A stretch of DNA of 64,000 bases from Candidatus Woesearchaeota archaeon (GCA_964471255.1 CAYYFB010000002.1:106283-170282); one strand, 5' to 3'. Shown: positions 1 through 8,860, counted from the first letter of the stretch. The notes: generated by a model from the letters alone, not told the origin. A program made the numbers and translations.

Positions 1-853
1 TTCTTGATGCACCAATACTTCTCAATAACCCGATTATTCTAAATCTTTCAAAAACACTTGTGTAAATTGAATTCATAACTCCTATGCTTCCTACCACAAG
101 AGAAATCGATGCTGTTGCCAAGAAAAATATCTGAACAAGAATTTTTATCTTACTTACACTCTTTAAAAGAGTCTCTCCAGTTACTATTCTGAAATCTTCT
201 TTTCCCCTCCTTTTTTTGAGATACTCACGTAATCCTTCTGAAACAATTTCTGGATCTTTCTTTGTTTTTACTAAAACAAAAGAATATCCAGATTTTCCAA
301 AAAGTTCATTATAAGCGCTCTCCAGAATTACAACTGAAGAATCATCAAATTGGCTGCCAGTCCCTTCTAAGATTCCCACTACTTTGAACTTTTCTCCAGC
401 TATTTCTATGGTTTTTCCTACTTCAGCATCAAAAATTTTCTTAGCTACCTTACCTAAGACACATTCATGTCCTTTTTTCAAATACCTCCCATCCGCAATC
501 CTATATCCCGTATCTTCAAACATTTCTTTTACTTTCCTTTTCCCTATCCCATAAATGAGGATAAGTTCTCCATCTTTCATTATTCTTCCAGCCTTAATTG
601 GAAGAGCTAATTTAACATCTTTATATTTCTCTATTTGAGTTATATCTTTCTCAGAGAATCCAGAAAGGGACATGGGAACTACAAGGAGTTTGTTTGTTCC
701 TAAAGAAGAAATTGCTTCTTCCACCCCAGCAAATACTCCTTTGCCTATTGAAAAAAGAGTGAAAATCGAAAATGATCCTATAATGATCCCAAGGCAGGAA
801 AGAAATGATCTTAGTTTTCTATTAAGGATGTTCTTAATAACAAACCATATCAT
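1..853 (-). CDS. ABC transporter permease, FtsX/MacB-like (3' end runs off the window)
   Basis: Not in the ORF track because there is no stop in the window. My translation from the ATG at 853-851 gives MIWFVIKNILNRKLRSFLSCLGIIIGSFSIF...VMNSIYTSVFERFRIIGLLRSIGASR: an N-terminal TM helix, an extracytoplasmic domain and the start of an FtsX helix bundle. ATGA overlap with the stop of ORF 850..2070. Same strand and operon as the ABC ATPase. Confidence 0.7.
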   Translation of the reverse strand, partial: MIWFVIKNILNRKLRSFLSCLGIIIGSFSIFTLFSIGKGVFAGVEEAISSLGTNKLLVVPMSLSGFSEKDITQIEKYKDVKLALPIKAGRIMKDGELILIYGIGKRKVKEMFEDTGYRIADGRYLKKGHECVLGKVAKKIFDAEVGKTIEIAGEKFKVVGILEGTGSQFDDSSVVILESAYNELFGKSGYSFVLVKTKKDPEIVSEGLREYLKKRRGKEDFRIVTGETLLKSVSKIKILVQIFFLATASISLVVGSIGVMNSIYTSVFERFRIIGLLRSIGASR

Positions 854-2070
854 ACTATTCTTCCAATTACCAATCCGATTGCGAAAATGATGACAGGGAT
901 CAAGTACTTCCAAATTTCTACTTCTTTCTGCCATTTAGGTTCTGGAAGGGACACTTCAATCGATTTCCACTCTTCTCCATCGAAAAAGTAGAGTTTTCCT
1001 TTTCCTCCAGAATCTAGCTCAATAGATTCATAATCTTTTGAATAAATTTCCCCTATAAAGTAAGTCTGATTATTCAATAACAAATGAACTGATTCTGCCT
1101 TTTTATCACCTTTATTGAAGACTATAAATTTTATTTTCTTTCTTTTCCAATCGAAAGAATATCCGTAGGATATGTTTGCTTTTTTTCTAATTTTTAAATA
1201 GAAATACCCAGTGTCTATTTCTTTCCATACACCTCTTTCTTCTTTCTCCAGTTTATACCCCAATTTCAAAGTATCCATATCAGGATCTAGGATTTTATAT
1301 GAGAATTCTGGAGCGGGGCCTAGTTCACAGTTCTTATTTAATTCAACTTCTTCTTCAGGGGTGAGACACAATCTACATCTATCGCATATTGAAAATTGAA
1401 GTTTGCCTTCCTTTTGAATCTCCTCCTGGAGTATAAGTATACTCTCTTTGTTTTCTGGCTTTAATGGAAAGATTAAAGTATAGTTCATTGCTTTAGCTTC
1501 TCCTTCATTCTCAAACAAAGCTAAAATCTTCAGAATTTGAGTATCTTCCCCTTTGCCATATATTTTTATTTTAACAGCATCTCCATCACTACACACAACG
1601 TTTTCTCCGACAAATTCCCCATAAACACAGACTCTATCCCCTAAATAGTCAAAGCTTATTGTTATTTCGTTTATCTTCCCCTTTGTTAGGTAAAGAGGAT
1701 AAATGTTCTTTATTCTTGGGAGTTTAAATGGAATGATCAGAGCGTCCAGAATTTGCTCTTTATTTCCCTCAATTTTTATCTTCATCTTTGCTGGCTTCTC
1801 ACACAAGTTTTTCCCTCTTACTAAAACAGAAATTGTATTATTTGCAGAAACCCATCCCAAATCTATTTTGTCTTCTTCAAGTTTAATACAGGAAGGAGCA
1901 TCTATTTTTATTTCGAGATCTTCCCCATTAAGCTCCCATAATTTCAGCTCATATGTGAAAGACTTATTCACTTCAAGGAATACTTTTGGCTCATAGAAGA
2001 TTACACTTACCATGGAAAATACAACTGGAGCAAGAAGGTGGATGAGAAGAAGTGCTTTTAGGAATTTCAT
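850..2070 (-). CDS. Secreted, C-terminally membrane-anchored beta-rich protein of unknown function, within the ABC operon
   Basis: 406-aa ORF with an N-terminal signal-like segment ([19 protein letters not shown]) and a C-terminal TM helix (YLIPVIIFAIGLVIGRIV). It overlaps both neighbours by 4 nt. Confidence 0.6.
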   Translation of the reverse strand: MKFLKALLLIHLLAPVVFSMVSVIFYEPKVFLEVNKSFTYELKLWELNGEDLEIKIDAPSCIKLEEDKIDLGWVSANNTISVLVRGKNLCEKPAKMKIKIEGNKEQILDALIIPFKLPRIKNIYPLYLTKGKINEITISFDYLGDRVCVYGEFVGENVVCSDGDAVKIKIYGKGEDTQILKILALFENEGEAKAMNYTLIFPLKPENKESILILQEEIQKEGKLQFSICDRCRLCLTPEEEVELNKNCELGPAPEFSYKILDPDMDTLKLGYKLEKEERGVWKEIDTGYFYLKIRKKANISYGYSFDWKRKKIKFIVFNKGDKKAESVHLLLNNQTYFIGEIYSKDYESIELDSGGKGKLYFFDGEEWKSIEVSLPEPKWQKEVEIWKYLIPVIIFAIGLVIGRIV

Positions 2071-2777
2071 ACCACAATCCTACCGTCCTTCATTTTTATA
2101 ATCCTTTCTGCCGAAGTAGCAACAGAGTTATCATGCGTAACAACTACGATTGTTTTACCAGATTTATAAAGCTTTTTGAATATTCTTAATATCTTCTCCC
2201 CAGTTTTTGAGTCCAAATTGCCTGTGGGCTCATCTGCGAGTATTATTTCTGGATCATTAGCAAGAGCTCTTGCTATTGCTACTCTTTGTTGTTCTCCCCC
2301 AGATAGTTGAGTAGGAAATTTATTAAGATGTTTCTCTAAGCCTACACTTTCTAATAATTTAACTGCTTTCTTTCTAGCACTTCTAAGAGGTATTCCCCTA
2401 ATTGTTATTGGAAGGGCAACATTATCAAGAACCGTTAAGTAGGGAATTAGAAGAAACTGTTGAAAAATAAATCCTATTTTCTCCCTTCTAATTCTGTCTT
2501 TATCGTGCTCCAGAAGAAGGCTACAGTCTTTTCCAAAAAGAAATATTTTCCCTCGGTCAGGAGATTCTAATAATCCAATAATTCTTAATAATGTGGATTT
2601 GCCTGCTCCAGAAGGCCCCATTATGGCTACAAATTCATTTCTCTCTATCTGAAGAGTAACACCAGCAAGTGCAATTGTTTTACCATATATTTTCCAGACA
2701 TTTCTTAGATCAACCAAAATTTCTTTTTCCATCATTTTTTCTTTTCCTTTCTTTGTTAATATATTCTTATCACTCAT
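2067..2777 (-). CDS. ABC transporter ATP-binding protein (MacB/LolD-like)
   Basis: Walker [10 protein letters not shown], signature [15 protein letters not shown], Walker [13 protein letters not shown]-loop VVTHD. The true start may be the internal MMEKE. Confidence 0.9.
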   Translation of the reverse strand: MSDKNILTKKGKEKMMEKEILVDLRNVWKIYGKTIALAGVTLQIERNEFVAIMGPSGAGKSTLLRIIGLLESPDRGKIFLFGKDCSLLLEHDKDRIRREKIGFIFQQFLLIPYLTVLDNVALPITIRGIPLRSARKKAVKLLESVGLEKHLNKFPTQLSGGEQQRVAIARALANDPEIILADEPTGNLDSKTGEKILRIFKKLYKSGKTIVVVTHDNSVATSAERIIKMKDGRIVV

Positions 2778-2933
2778 AAGTAACAGAAATATAAAAGATA
2801 AGAAGAAAAAGAATCATAGATAAAACAAGGACGGATGAAAAAGAAATTATTAAGAAAGAACTTTTCATCTACACAATAGCAGAAAGAAATTTCTAGAAAT
2901 TTTCTGCGTATATCCACTGACAATGCCTCTTGT

Positions 2934-3281
2934 CTAACAAGTTAGATGAATTGCTAAAGCGGCTTTTTTCCCTTCTTCTATTAGGTTATTATACTCCTTT
3001 ACTGCTTCCTTACTATCCTTTACTATAACTTCAATTCCCCTTTCTTTAAAATAAGAGATAACATCCTTGTCTACTTTCATAATCCCATAATATCCAGTCC
3101 CAATTACAAGAATTTCAAATTTCTTTTCTTTTAGCCACTTCAGGTCATCTAAGGATAATCTGTGTCCTTCCTTTCTCCACCATTTTTCCAGTATTTCATC
3201 TCCACAGATAATAATATCGTTCTTAAACATCCTTTCTCCAATTTTTATCCTTCCAAACTCATATTCCTCAACTCTTTGCAT
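2934..3281 (-). CDS. Mth938-like (DUF498) domain protein
   Basis: MQRVEEYEFGRIKIGERMFKNDIIICGD...FEILVIGTGYYGIMKV resembles the Mth938 fold family. I trimmed the start to the internal Met to remove the overlap with the divergent GATase gene. Confidence 0.55.
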   Translation of the reverse strand: MQRVEEYEFGRIKIGERMFKNDIIICGDEILEKWWRKEGHRLSLDDLKWLKEKKFEILVIGTGYYGIMKVDKDVISYFKERGIEVIVKDSKEAVKEYNNLIEEGKKAALAIHLTC

Positions 3282-3291
3282 AATCCCAATT

Positions 3292-3846
3292 ATGGAGGTA
3301 TTAATCATAAACAATTACAAGGGAAAAATAGGACTGAAGCGCACCAGAAAAATAAAAGAGTTGTTTCTTAAATGTGGGTTTAGAGATTTTAAGATTCTAA
3401 ATTTTGAAAAGGTAAGGGAAGAACATATAAAAAGAAGCGAGCTCGTGGTATTGTCTGGATATGAGTCCGGATGCATAGGGGATTACCTAGAACTTTCAAA
3501 GAAAGTAAGAAAGGCAAAAAGAGCAATCGGGATTTGTGGTGGAATGTATATAATTGCCTTAGCATTCCATGTGCTTCCGAAAAGTCTTCCTAAAAGAAGG
3601 AAGGGGTTTAATAAAATTGAATTTAAGAAAAGAACATTCCTGGTTTACCATAATCACATTCTCTATCTGCCTGAGGAGAGGTTAAAAAAGTTTGAAATAC
3701 TTGGCCGCTCCAGATTCCTTAGAATGAAAATCCCAGAAATAATTAGAAAAAATAAATTTATTGGCCTTCAGTTTCATCCAGAGCTTTCTGGAGCGGACGG
3801 ATTAAATATAATTAAAGAAATTTTATTTTATTACTTGAAAACTTAA
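3292..3846 (+). CDS. Class I glutamine amidotransferase-like protein
   Basis: Nucleophile elbow GICGGMYIIA and C-terminal LQFHPE motif typical of GATase1 (GuaA-N/PabA-like). Confidence 0.7.
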   Translation: MEVLIINNYKGKIGLKRTRKIKELFLKCGFRDFKILNFEKVREEHIKRSELVVLSGYESGCIGDYLELSKKVRKAKRAIGICGGMYIIALAFHVLPKSLPKRRKGFNKIEFKKRTFLVYHNHILYLPEERLKKFEILGRSRFLRMKIPEIIRKNKFIGLQFHPELSGADGLNIIKEILFYYLKT

Positions 3847-4142
3847 TAACTCCTGGCAAGTTGTTGGATCTATCCTTCTGTATGAATCTGTGAAGTTTAA
3901 GATCAATGTGATTATTAATCTAGTTACAAGTGTGTTGTTTAGTGGTAGGTATTTATTCTCTAATTATTCCGAATTGCCAAAAATCTATGTCTTCCTTTCT
4001 TTATATCTCTCTCATATTAAATCCTTTCTCAATGATTATGCCATCCACAAATACTTTCCATTTACTTTGCTCTTTCCAAACTTGTATCCCTTAATTCCTA
4101 TAATTCTAGAAGGACTAAATTTTCTTTAGCTTCTATGTTACC

Positions 4143-4370
4143 ATGAAGAGGTCCCTCAAAATTCTTTCTGTAATCTTACTTTGGATAGCTGTTATTTGCC
4201 TCTGGATTCTTTATTTACTTATTACTATATCTCAGCTAGGGTTAAAATACCTCATTAATACCGTGCTTGACTGGAGAGTTTGGGTAAAAATCATTGTTGC
4301 TGTTTTAATAATCGACTTGACAATTGAACTTTGTTCTAGAGTTGCAAAAAGACTCTTAAAAAGGAAATAA
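4143..4370 (+). CDS. Small membrane protein (two predicted TM helices)
   Basis: 75-aa ORF with hydrophobic stretches ILSVILLWIAVICLWILYLLITI and VKIIVAVLIIDLTIELC. No homolog recognised. Confidence 0.35.
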   Translation: MKRSLKILSVILLWIAVICLWILYLLITISQLGLKYLINTVLDWRVWVKIIVAVLIIDLTIELCSRVAKRLLKRK

Positions 4371-4398
4371 ATATATCTCAAAGCACTAACTTATTCAT

Positions 4399-4535
4399 GC
4401 CGCCGTAGCTCAGCGGTAGAGCACCAGGCTCATATCCAGGGATGAGGGATTTGAGCGCTGACCATGATGAAATGCTTGGGGAGAGCACTGAAGGGAGAAA
4501 CCTGGGGGTCCGGGGTTCGAATCCCCGCGGCGGCA
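4399..4535 (+). tRNA. tRNA with CAT anticodon (elongator Met or Ile2) and a roughly 65-nt intron after position 37
   Basis: Acceptor GCCGCCG/CGGCGGC. D arm TAGCTCAGCGGTAGAGCA. Anticodon stem CCAGG(4424-4428)/CCTGG(4501-4505), with loop CTCATA + A. T arm CGGGGTTCGAATCCCCG. Discriminator A. G1-C72 argues against an initiator. Confidence 0.9.
4435..4499 (+). ncRNA. Box C/D sRNA-like module inside the tRNA(CAT) intron
   Basis: Box C-like GGGATGA 4439-4445, 12-nt guide GGGATTTGAGCG 4446-4457, D-prime CTGA 4458-4461, C-prime ATGATGA 4464-4470, guide ending ...TTGGGGAGAGCA, D CTGA 4488-4491. Confidence 0.6.
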
Positions 4536-4561
4536 GTTCTTTACTTCTAGACGGAACTTCT

Positions 4562-4999
4562 CTACTTGCATTCAATTTCTTCTAAAAATTCTTTTGGTCT
4601 CAAGATTTTAAGTCTATGCTCTTTTACTTCAAGTTCTTTATTTTTGTCTCGTAAATCTAGTAAGTCCTTATCCAAAGTTATCAGGTACTCTGCTTTGATC
4701 TCATAGGCTACATCTAGGAATTTATTATCTTTAGGGTCCCTGCAAAGGGAAAAATGTTCCCTTGGAAAAATAAGTACAGATTTTTCTTCTATAGCTTTGT
4801 AAAATTCGAATACTAATGAAAAAGGAAAATAATTAGTTCCTTTTAAAATTAGAGTCTTAAAGTATTCTATCAAGATCTCTTGACTGATGAAATTTATAAT
4901 CTTGTTTTCAAATAATTTCTTTATTACTTTGAAAGAATCTCCCGATTTAGATATTAAAGCTGCCAAGATTACAGAAGTGTTTAAAACCACTTTTATCAT
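4562..4999 (-). CDS. PIN-domain protein (VapC-like toxin, PIN_3-type)
   Basis: MIKVVLNTSVILAALIS...ILIEY...DPKDNKFLDVA...ITLDKDL. The first conserved acidic residue is Asn (LNTSV rather than LDTNV). 4-nt overlap with the upstream RHH gene. Confidence 0.65.
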   Translation of the reverse strand: MIKVVLNTSVILAALISKSGDSFKVIKKLFENKIINFISQEILIEYFKTLILKGTNYFPFSLVFEFYKAIEEKSVLIFPREHFSLCRDPKDNKFLDVAYEIKAEYLITLDKDLLDLRDKNKELEVKEHRLKILRPKEFLEEIECK

Positions 5000-5253
5000 T
5001 TTCTTATAGCTTTTATCATTTCAACAACTTCTTTGTCACTTACCAGCTTATTTTCTTTCTTTAATTTTTCTCTTATTAGATTAATCTCTTCTAGCAACTT
5101 TTTGTAGTACTCTTCTTTTTTCAAATCGCTAATCATCTTTAGTATGGAAAATCTTATTAATTCAGACTTATCTTTGAATATGCCAAGCTTTATAATGTCC
5201 TCTATTTGCTTCTCAAGGCCTTCAGGGATTCTTATTGTTAGAACTTTCTCCAT
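4996..5253 (-). CDS. Ribbon-helix-helix (CopG-like) antitoxin candidate
   Basis: MEKVLTIRIPEGLEKQIEDIIKLGIFKDKSELIRFSILKMI is an RHH-like N-terminus. Translationally coupled to the PIN gene. Start trimmed to the internal Met. Confidence 0.55.
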   Translation of the reverse strand: MEKVLTIRIPEGLEKQIEDIIKLGIFKDKSELIRFSILKMISDLKKEEYYKKLLEEINLIREKLKKENKLVSDKEVVEMIKAIRK

Positions 5254-5334
5254 ATTACACGTGTAATACATCAGTATTTAAGGCTTTTACACTTTCTTAG
5301 AGATTCATCCCAAATTTCGATATAGTAAATAGGA

Positions 5335-5985
5335 TTATCGAAAGCCCACTACGAAATATTCTTCCTTTCTGAAAACACTATCTTTATAGACCTCTGCTTT
5401 GTACCCTTTTTGTTCAGTATATTTCTTTAGAGCCTCTATCCAATCTTCATATTTCTCAAATTTCTTCCCTATCAATTTTTCAGCAATAGCTCTATCCACA
5501 CAACATGGAACAATCACTATTTTTTCAAAGCCCAAATTGGAGCCAATATCTATAGCTCTGAGAGAAAGGGACTTACAACAGTGCAAAGCAACAACTATTT
5601 TCTCATAATTTTGAAATTTCTCGATAATAGGTTTGAGTTCTTCCTCAAGCTCACCATCAAATAAATCTTTTCTTATATAGAAAAACCTTTTTGTTTTCTC
5701 AAAATTCTTAACAAGAGAAACAGGGGCTCTAATATCTACAGCAATTGAGACTCCATTGTTGTAAAGAACATTATAGAGGCTTATTAGTGCTCTAGACCCG
5801 GAACAAAGCTCAAGGACAAGAGCTTTTCTCCCTTTAATTTCATTCCAGAAAACTAGCAAAGTCTCGGTTATTTCCTTAAAAGGATCCAATGATTTTTTAG
5901 CTATTTTAATCAATATATCAGATTGTTTTCTTCTTAGAAACCATTTCCACATTTGATAAATTTTTTCCATAAAGAGGTCAAACAA
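5335..5985 (-). CDS. Hypothetical protein, possible SAM-dependent methyltransferase fold
   Basis: 216-aa ORF with a weak motif-I-like VLELCSGSRAL. The ORF-track start is a TTG and the true start is uncertain. Confidence 0.35.
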   Translation of the reverse strand: MFDLFMEKIYQMWKWFLRRKQSDILIKIAKKSLDPFKEITETLLVFWNEIKGRKALVLELCSGSRALISLYNVLYNNGVSIAVDIRAPVSLVKNFEKTKRFFYIRKDLFDGELEEELKPIIEKFQNYEKIVVALHCCKSLSLRAIDIGSNLGFEKIVIVPCCVDRAIAEKLIGKKFEKYEDWIEALKKYTEQKGYKAEVYKDSVFRKEEYFVVGFR

Positions 5986-6262
5986 ATGAAGGTTATTATT
6001 CTCTTCAAGATAGACATATACTAATACCGTATTTAAGCTTGTTTGAGGATCTATAATAAAGAAGATATTCCTTATTACTTTCGAATAACTTTTTATAATT
6101 CTAGCAATATCTTTGCTAGCTAATAGCTTATTCTTTTTTGATCTTCCTCTTATGGTATTAATTTCCCTTAATAATTCTCTGTAATCCTTTTCTTTTCAGG
6201 TATTGCTTACTGTTTTTAGTTTGAAGAACCAATTACCTTTCTTTAAAATCTTTCTAAGCAAT

Positions 6263-6846
6263 TTAATAACTTTTCAACCCATATCTTTCTAGAAAAATTG
6301 CCAAAATAGGCTTATATGTAAATTTACTAACTCCTAAAACTCTTAATGCCTCATTTATTCTCTTGCCTGCTATCTTTGGATCTTTCCCTTCAAATTCCAA
6401 TTCCCCTAGCCATCCAATTTCAGGAATGTATTCTATTACTGTTTTAAAATTTGGCCTTGGTATTTCATAAAACTCACAGTTCACTTTCCTAATCACAGCC
6501 AGCAATTTAAATCCCAAATCATTAACTATTTCTTTACATCTCTCAAGACTTCCTTTATATAACACAACTTTCCCTTCTGGATATAAAGATCTCTTAAATT
6601 TTACTCCATCAATCTCTTTAACTTCGTTCTTTGTAAGCAAAATTTCCGCTGGCTTTCTAGGAACTTTCATTCCCTAATCCTTAAATTCTTCCTAATAGGG
6701 TCCCATTTTTCATTTTTAGGAACATAGTAGTAGTCTGTAAACTCATAGGGAAACAATAGTTTTGCATTTAGTTTCTTTAGCCTATTTTTGAATTCCTTTA
6801 TATCATCAATAAAATATCTTATTTCACATTCATACGCAGAAACCAT
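6263..6846 (-). pseudogene. CYTH-domain (CyaB/ThTPase-like) gene split into two overlapping ORFs
   Basis: The upstream 59-codon ORF 6667..6846 (my translation MVSAYECEIRYFIDDIKEF...NLRIRE) carries the CYTH ExExK/R signature (ECEIR). The downstream ORF 6263..6670 carries the C-terminal half (IEYIPEIGWLGELEFEG). The two join at an ATGA overlap in different frames. Confidence 0.45.
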
Positions 6847-6892
6847 ATTTCCTTGAACATTTCCTAACTCTTAAGATCCCTTTCATAAGCAA

Positions 6893-6944
6893 TGTTCATT
6901 TTGAATGAACAAAGTTTAAAAATAATGTTCATCGTGAGTGAACA
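6893..6944 (+). promoter_or_regulatory. Two TGTTCA..TGAACA palindromes bracketing a TATA-like box upstream of the HEPN-MNT operon
   Basis: TGTTCATT-ttg-AATGAACA at 6893-6911, TTTAAAAATA at 6915-6924, TGTTCA-tcgtgag-TGAACA at 6926-6944. This lies about 70 nt upstream of the ATG at 7013. Confidence 0.4.
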
Positions 6945-7012
6945 CTACAAAAGACAAATTAATGAAAGGTTTTATCTCACTCTAATTTTCCTTCTAGGCT
7001 CTATTGTAAATT

Positions 7013-7372
7013 ATGGACCTAAGCAAGAAAGCTAAAATGTTTGAAGAGGAGGCCTATGAAGCGTTCGAAAAGGGAAGATATACATTTACAATTCTTTTTG
7101 CAGAACAAAGCATCCAGCTTTATATAAAACATATTTTGTTTAAAAATTTCGGAGATTTTCCAAAAATACATAATTTAAGAGTTCTTTTTAAGGGACTAAA
7201 TAAGATAAGAGATTTAAGCGACTTTATTGAGGAAAATTCAGCAATTATCGATTTGCTTATGACTGCATATATTGAAGCAAGATATACAAGCATGGAATAT
7301 AGCAAGGTAAGTGCAGAGCTAGCCCTTAAATTTCTAGAAAAATTTAAGGAGAAAATAAAGGATTTGCTATGA
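7013..7372 (+). CDS. HEPN domain protein (HEPN-MNT pair 1)
   Basis: 119 aa, all-helical, with AEQSIQLYIKHIL...HNL...YIEARYT typical of small archaeal HEPN proteins. 4-nt overlap with the MNT gene. Confidence 0.75.
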   Translation: MDLSKKAKMFEEEAYEAFEKGRYTFTILFAEQSIQLYIKHILFKNFGDFPKIHNLRVLFKGLNKIRDLSDFIEENSAIIDLLMTAYIEARYTSMEYSKVSAELALKFLEKFKEKIKDLL

Positions 7373-7725
7373 AATATAGCGTTATAGACCTCCAAAGAGA
7401 GCTAATAGAATCCTACCAGAAATATAGGAAGGACTACTTGAAATATGCTAGAAAAATAAAGGAAATTGCTGAAGAATTTTTTAAGGAAAATCTATTAAAG
7501 GTAATAGTATTTGGATCAACAGTAAAAGGAAATTTTAAGCCCTGGAGTGACATAGATGTTGCAATAATTTTAAAAGAGAGAGTAAATGAGATTGAGATTG
7601 CAAAGTTTATAGGAAAAATAAACAAATTATTTGGTATTCATCCATTTGAAATTCATGTAATTCCCCTAAAGTTTTGGGAGGAATGGTATTCGAAATTTAT
7701 TAAGAAGGATTGGGTTGAGGTTTAG
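7369..7725 (+). CDS. Minimal nucleotidyltransferase (MNT, pair 1)
   Basis: VIVFGSTVKGNFKPWSDIDVAIIL matches the GS-x(n)-DxD pol-beta-type NTase motif. Confidence 0.8.
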   Translation: MKYSVIDLQRELIESYQKYRKDYLKYARKIKEIAEEFFKENLLKVIVFGSTVKGNFKPWSDIDVAIILKERVNEIEIAKFIGKINKLFGIHPFEIHVIPLKFWEEWYSKFIKKDWVEV

Positions 7726-7783
7726 ATAGACCACTGGAAGGGCCTAATATTTTAGCCTGAACTAAAAATCGGGTAAATAATCT

Positions 7784-8860
7784 CTATTCCTTGATGTATT
7801 TCAAAATTTCCTTAGGATACACTTTAATCCTTATTCCTTGCTCATACTCTTTTAGAAATTCCTCAATTTTCCTTTTGAATTCCTTATTAATCTCTGAAAG
7901 TCTTTTTTCTCTAACAAAAGGATCAACATATCTGCGCTTGGTCCTAACTACAAAGTCAAATTCTTTTTCATCTATCTCAACTCTAATATTCTTTAGCAAA
8001 GATAATATTTTCTTCAACTCCCTATCCTTTATTAAAATCCTATATATTTCTTCCTCTCCCCGCTCCAGAAAATCTTTGGTTTCTATTAGGCCCTGCTCCA
8101 GAGCCTTCTTTAGGATTTTGCTAATAACCAGGAATATCCCTGAATCTTTATTGTAGTATCTAGATAGCTCCAAATAGCTTAGTGAATAAATTAAGGCTGT
8201 CTTTTCAGAACTAAAATACAAATTGCTTCCTTTTTTTATGTCCCTTGCTATCCAAAACAGATCTTCCCCAAATATGGATCTAATATGCCTTAGGGAATAG
8301 TCTAATCTATCTGCGCAAATGTTTGGAATTGGAGAATCTAAATATCTGTATCTTCCATTCCTAAATTTTTTTACCATTCTTTTTAGATTTAAACCATGGT
8401 TCTCACAAATTTCATTTATTTTTGAATTTTCCAAGAAACTTTCCATTACTCTTTCATGCCATTCCTGTTTTTCATAATCCCCAAACAAAAAATCGATTAT
8501 ATGACCAAAAGCAGGCCTGGAAATATCATGCAATAGCCCCATTATTCTTTCTTCATAATTAGCTCCTAGGCTTGTTAATAATGCATAGACTCCAATCGAG
8601 TGCTCAAAGATTGTAACAGGCTTTTTATAGAATGGATTATTGGGGCTTAGGAATACTTTATATCCGCTAAGAGTTATCTTTTTTAGCCTTTTGAATTCTG
8701 GAGCGCGAATTATTTCTGAAGAAAGCTTATTCATTTTAATTTTTCCATATTCTGTTTTTATTTCCATAGATAGGAAAGGATAAATTCCTAATAAGGTGTT
8801 AACAGTGCTTAGATTTTTAAGAAGGTATTTATAGAATTTTCCGCTTTTAATCCAACCCAA
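7784..8860 (-). CDS. HD-domain metal-dependent phosphohydrolase
   Basis: FEHSIGVYALL ... GLLHDISRPAFGH is an HD motif. The track start at 8860 is TTG; the real start is probably an internal Met (for example MEIKTEYG). Confidence 0.7.
   Translation of the reverse strand: MGWIKSGKFYKYLLKNLSTVNTLLGIYPFLSMEIKTEYGKIKMNKLSSEIIRAPEFKRLKKITLSGYKVFLSPNNPFYKKPVTIFEHSIGVYALLTSLGANYEERIMGLLHDISRPAFGHIIDFLFGDYEKQEWHERVMESFLENSKINEICENHGLNLKRMVKKFRNGRYRYLDSPIPNICADRLDYSLRHIRSIFGEDLFWIARDIKKGSNLYFSSEKTALIYSLSYLELSRYYNKDSGIFLVISKILKKALEQGLIETKDFLERGEEEIYRILIKDRELKKILSLLKNIRVEIDEKEFDFVVRTKRRYVDPFVREKRLSEINKEFKRKIEEFLKEYEQGIRIKVYPKEILKYIKE

Noticed and set aside
3705-3796. Inverted motif pairs spaced 83-96 bp apart (3705/3788, 56021/56104, 56534/56630, 58735/58825), considered as possible MITE-like elements with terminal inverted repeats.
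   Set aside because: The 3705/3788 pair encloses the conserved catalytic region of the GATase gene (…LQFHPELSGADG), so it cannot be an insertion. The sequences between the pairs share no similarity, and there are no target-site duplications.
4378-4575. 65-aa ORF on the minus strand across the tRNA(CAT) gene, and similarly ORF 63318..63524 across tRNA-Arg(CCT).
   Set aside because: Both ORFs are exactly coincident with well-folded tRNA genes. Their GC-rich open frames are a by-product of tRNA sequence composition.
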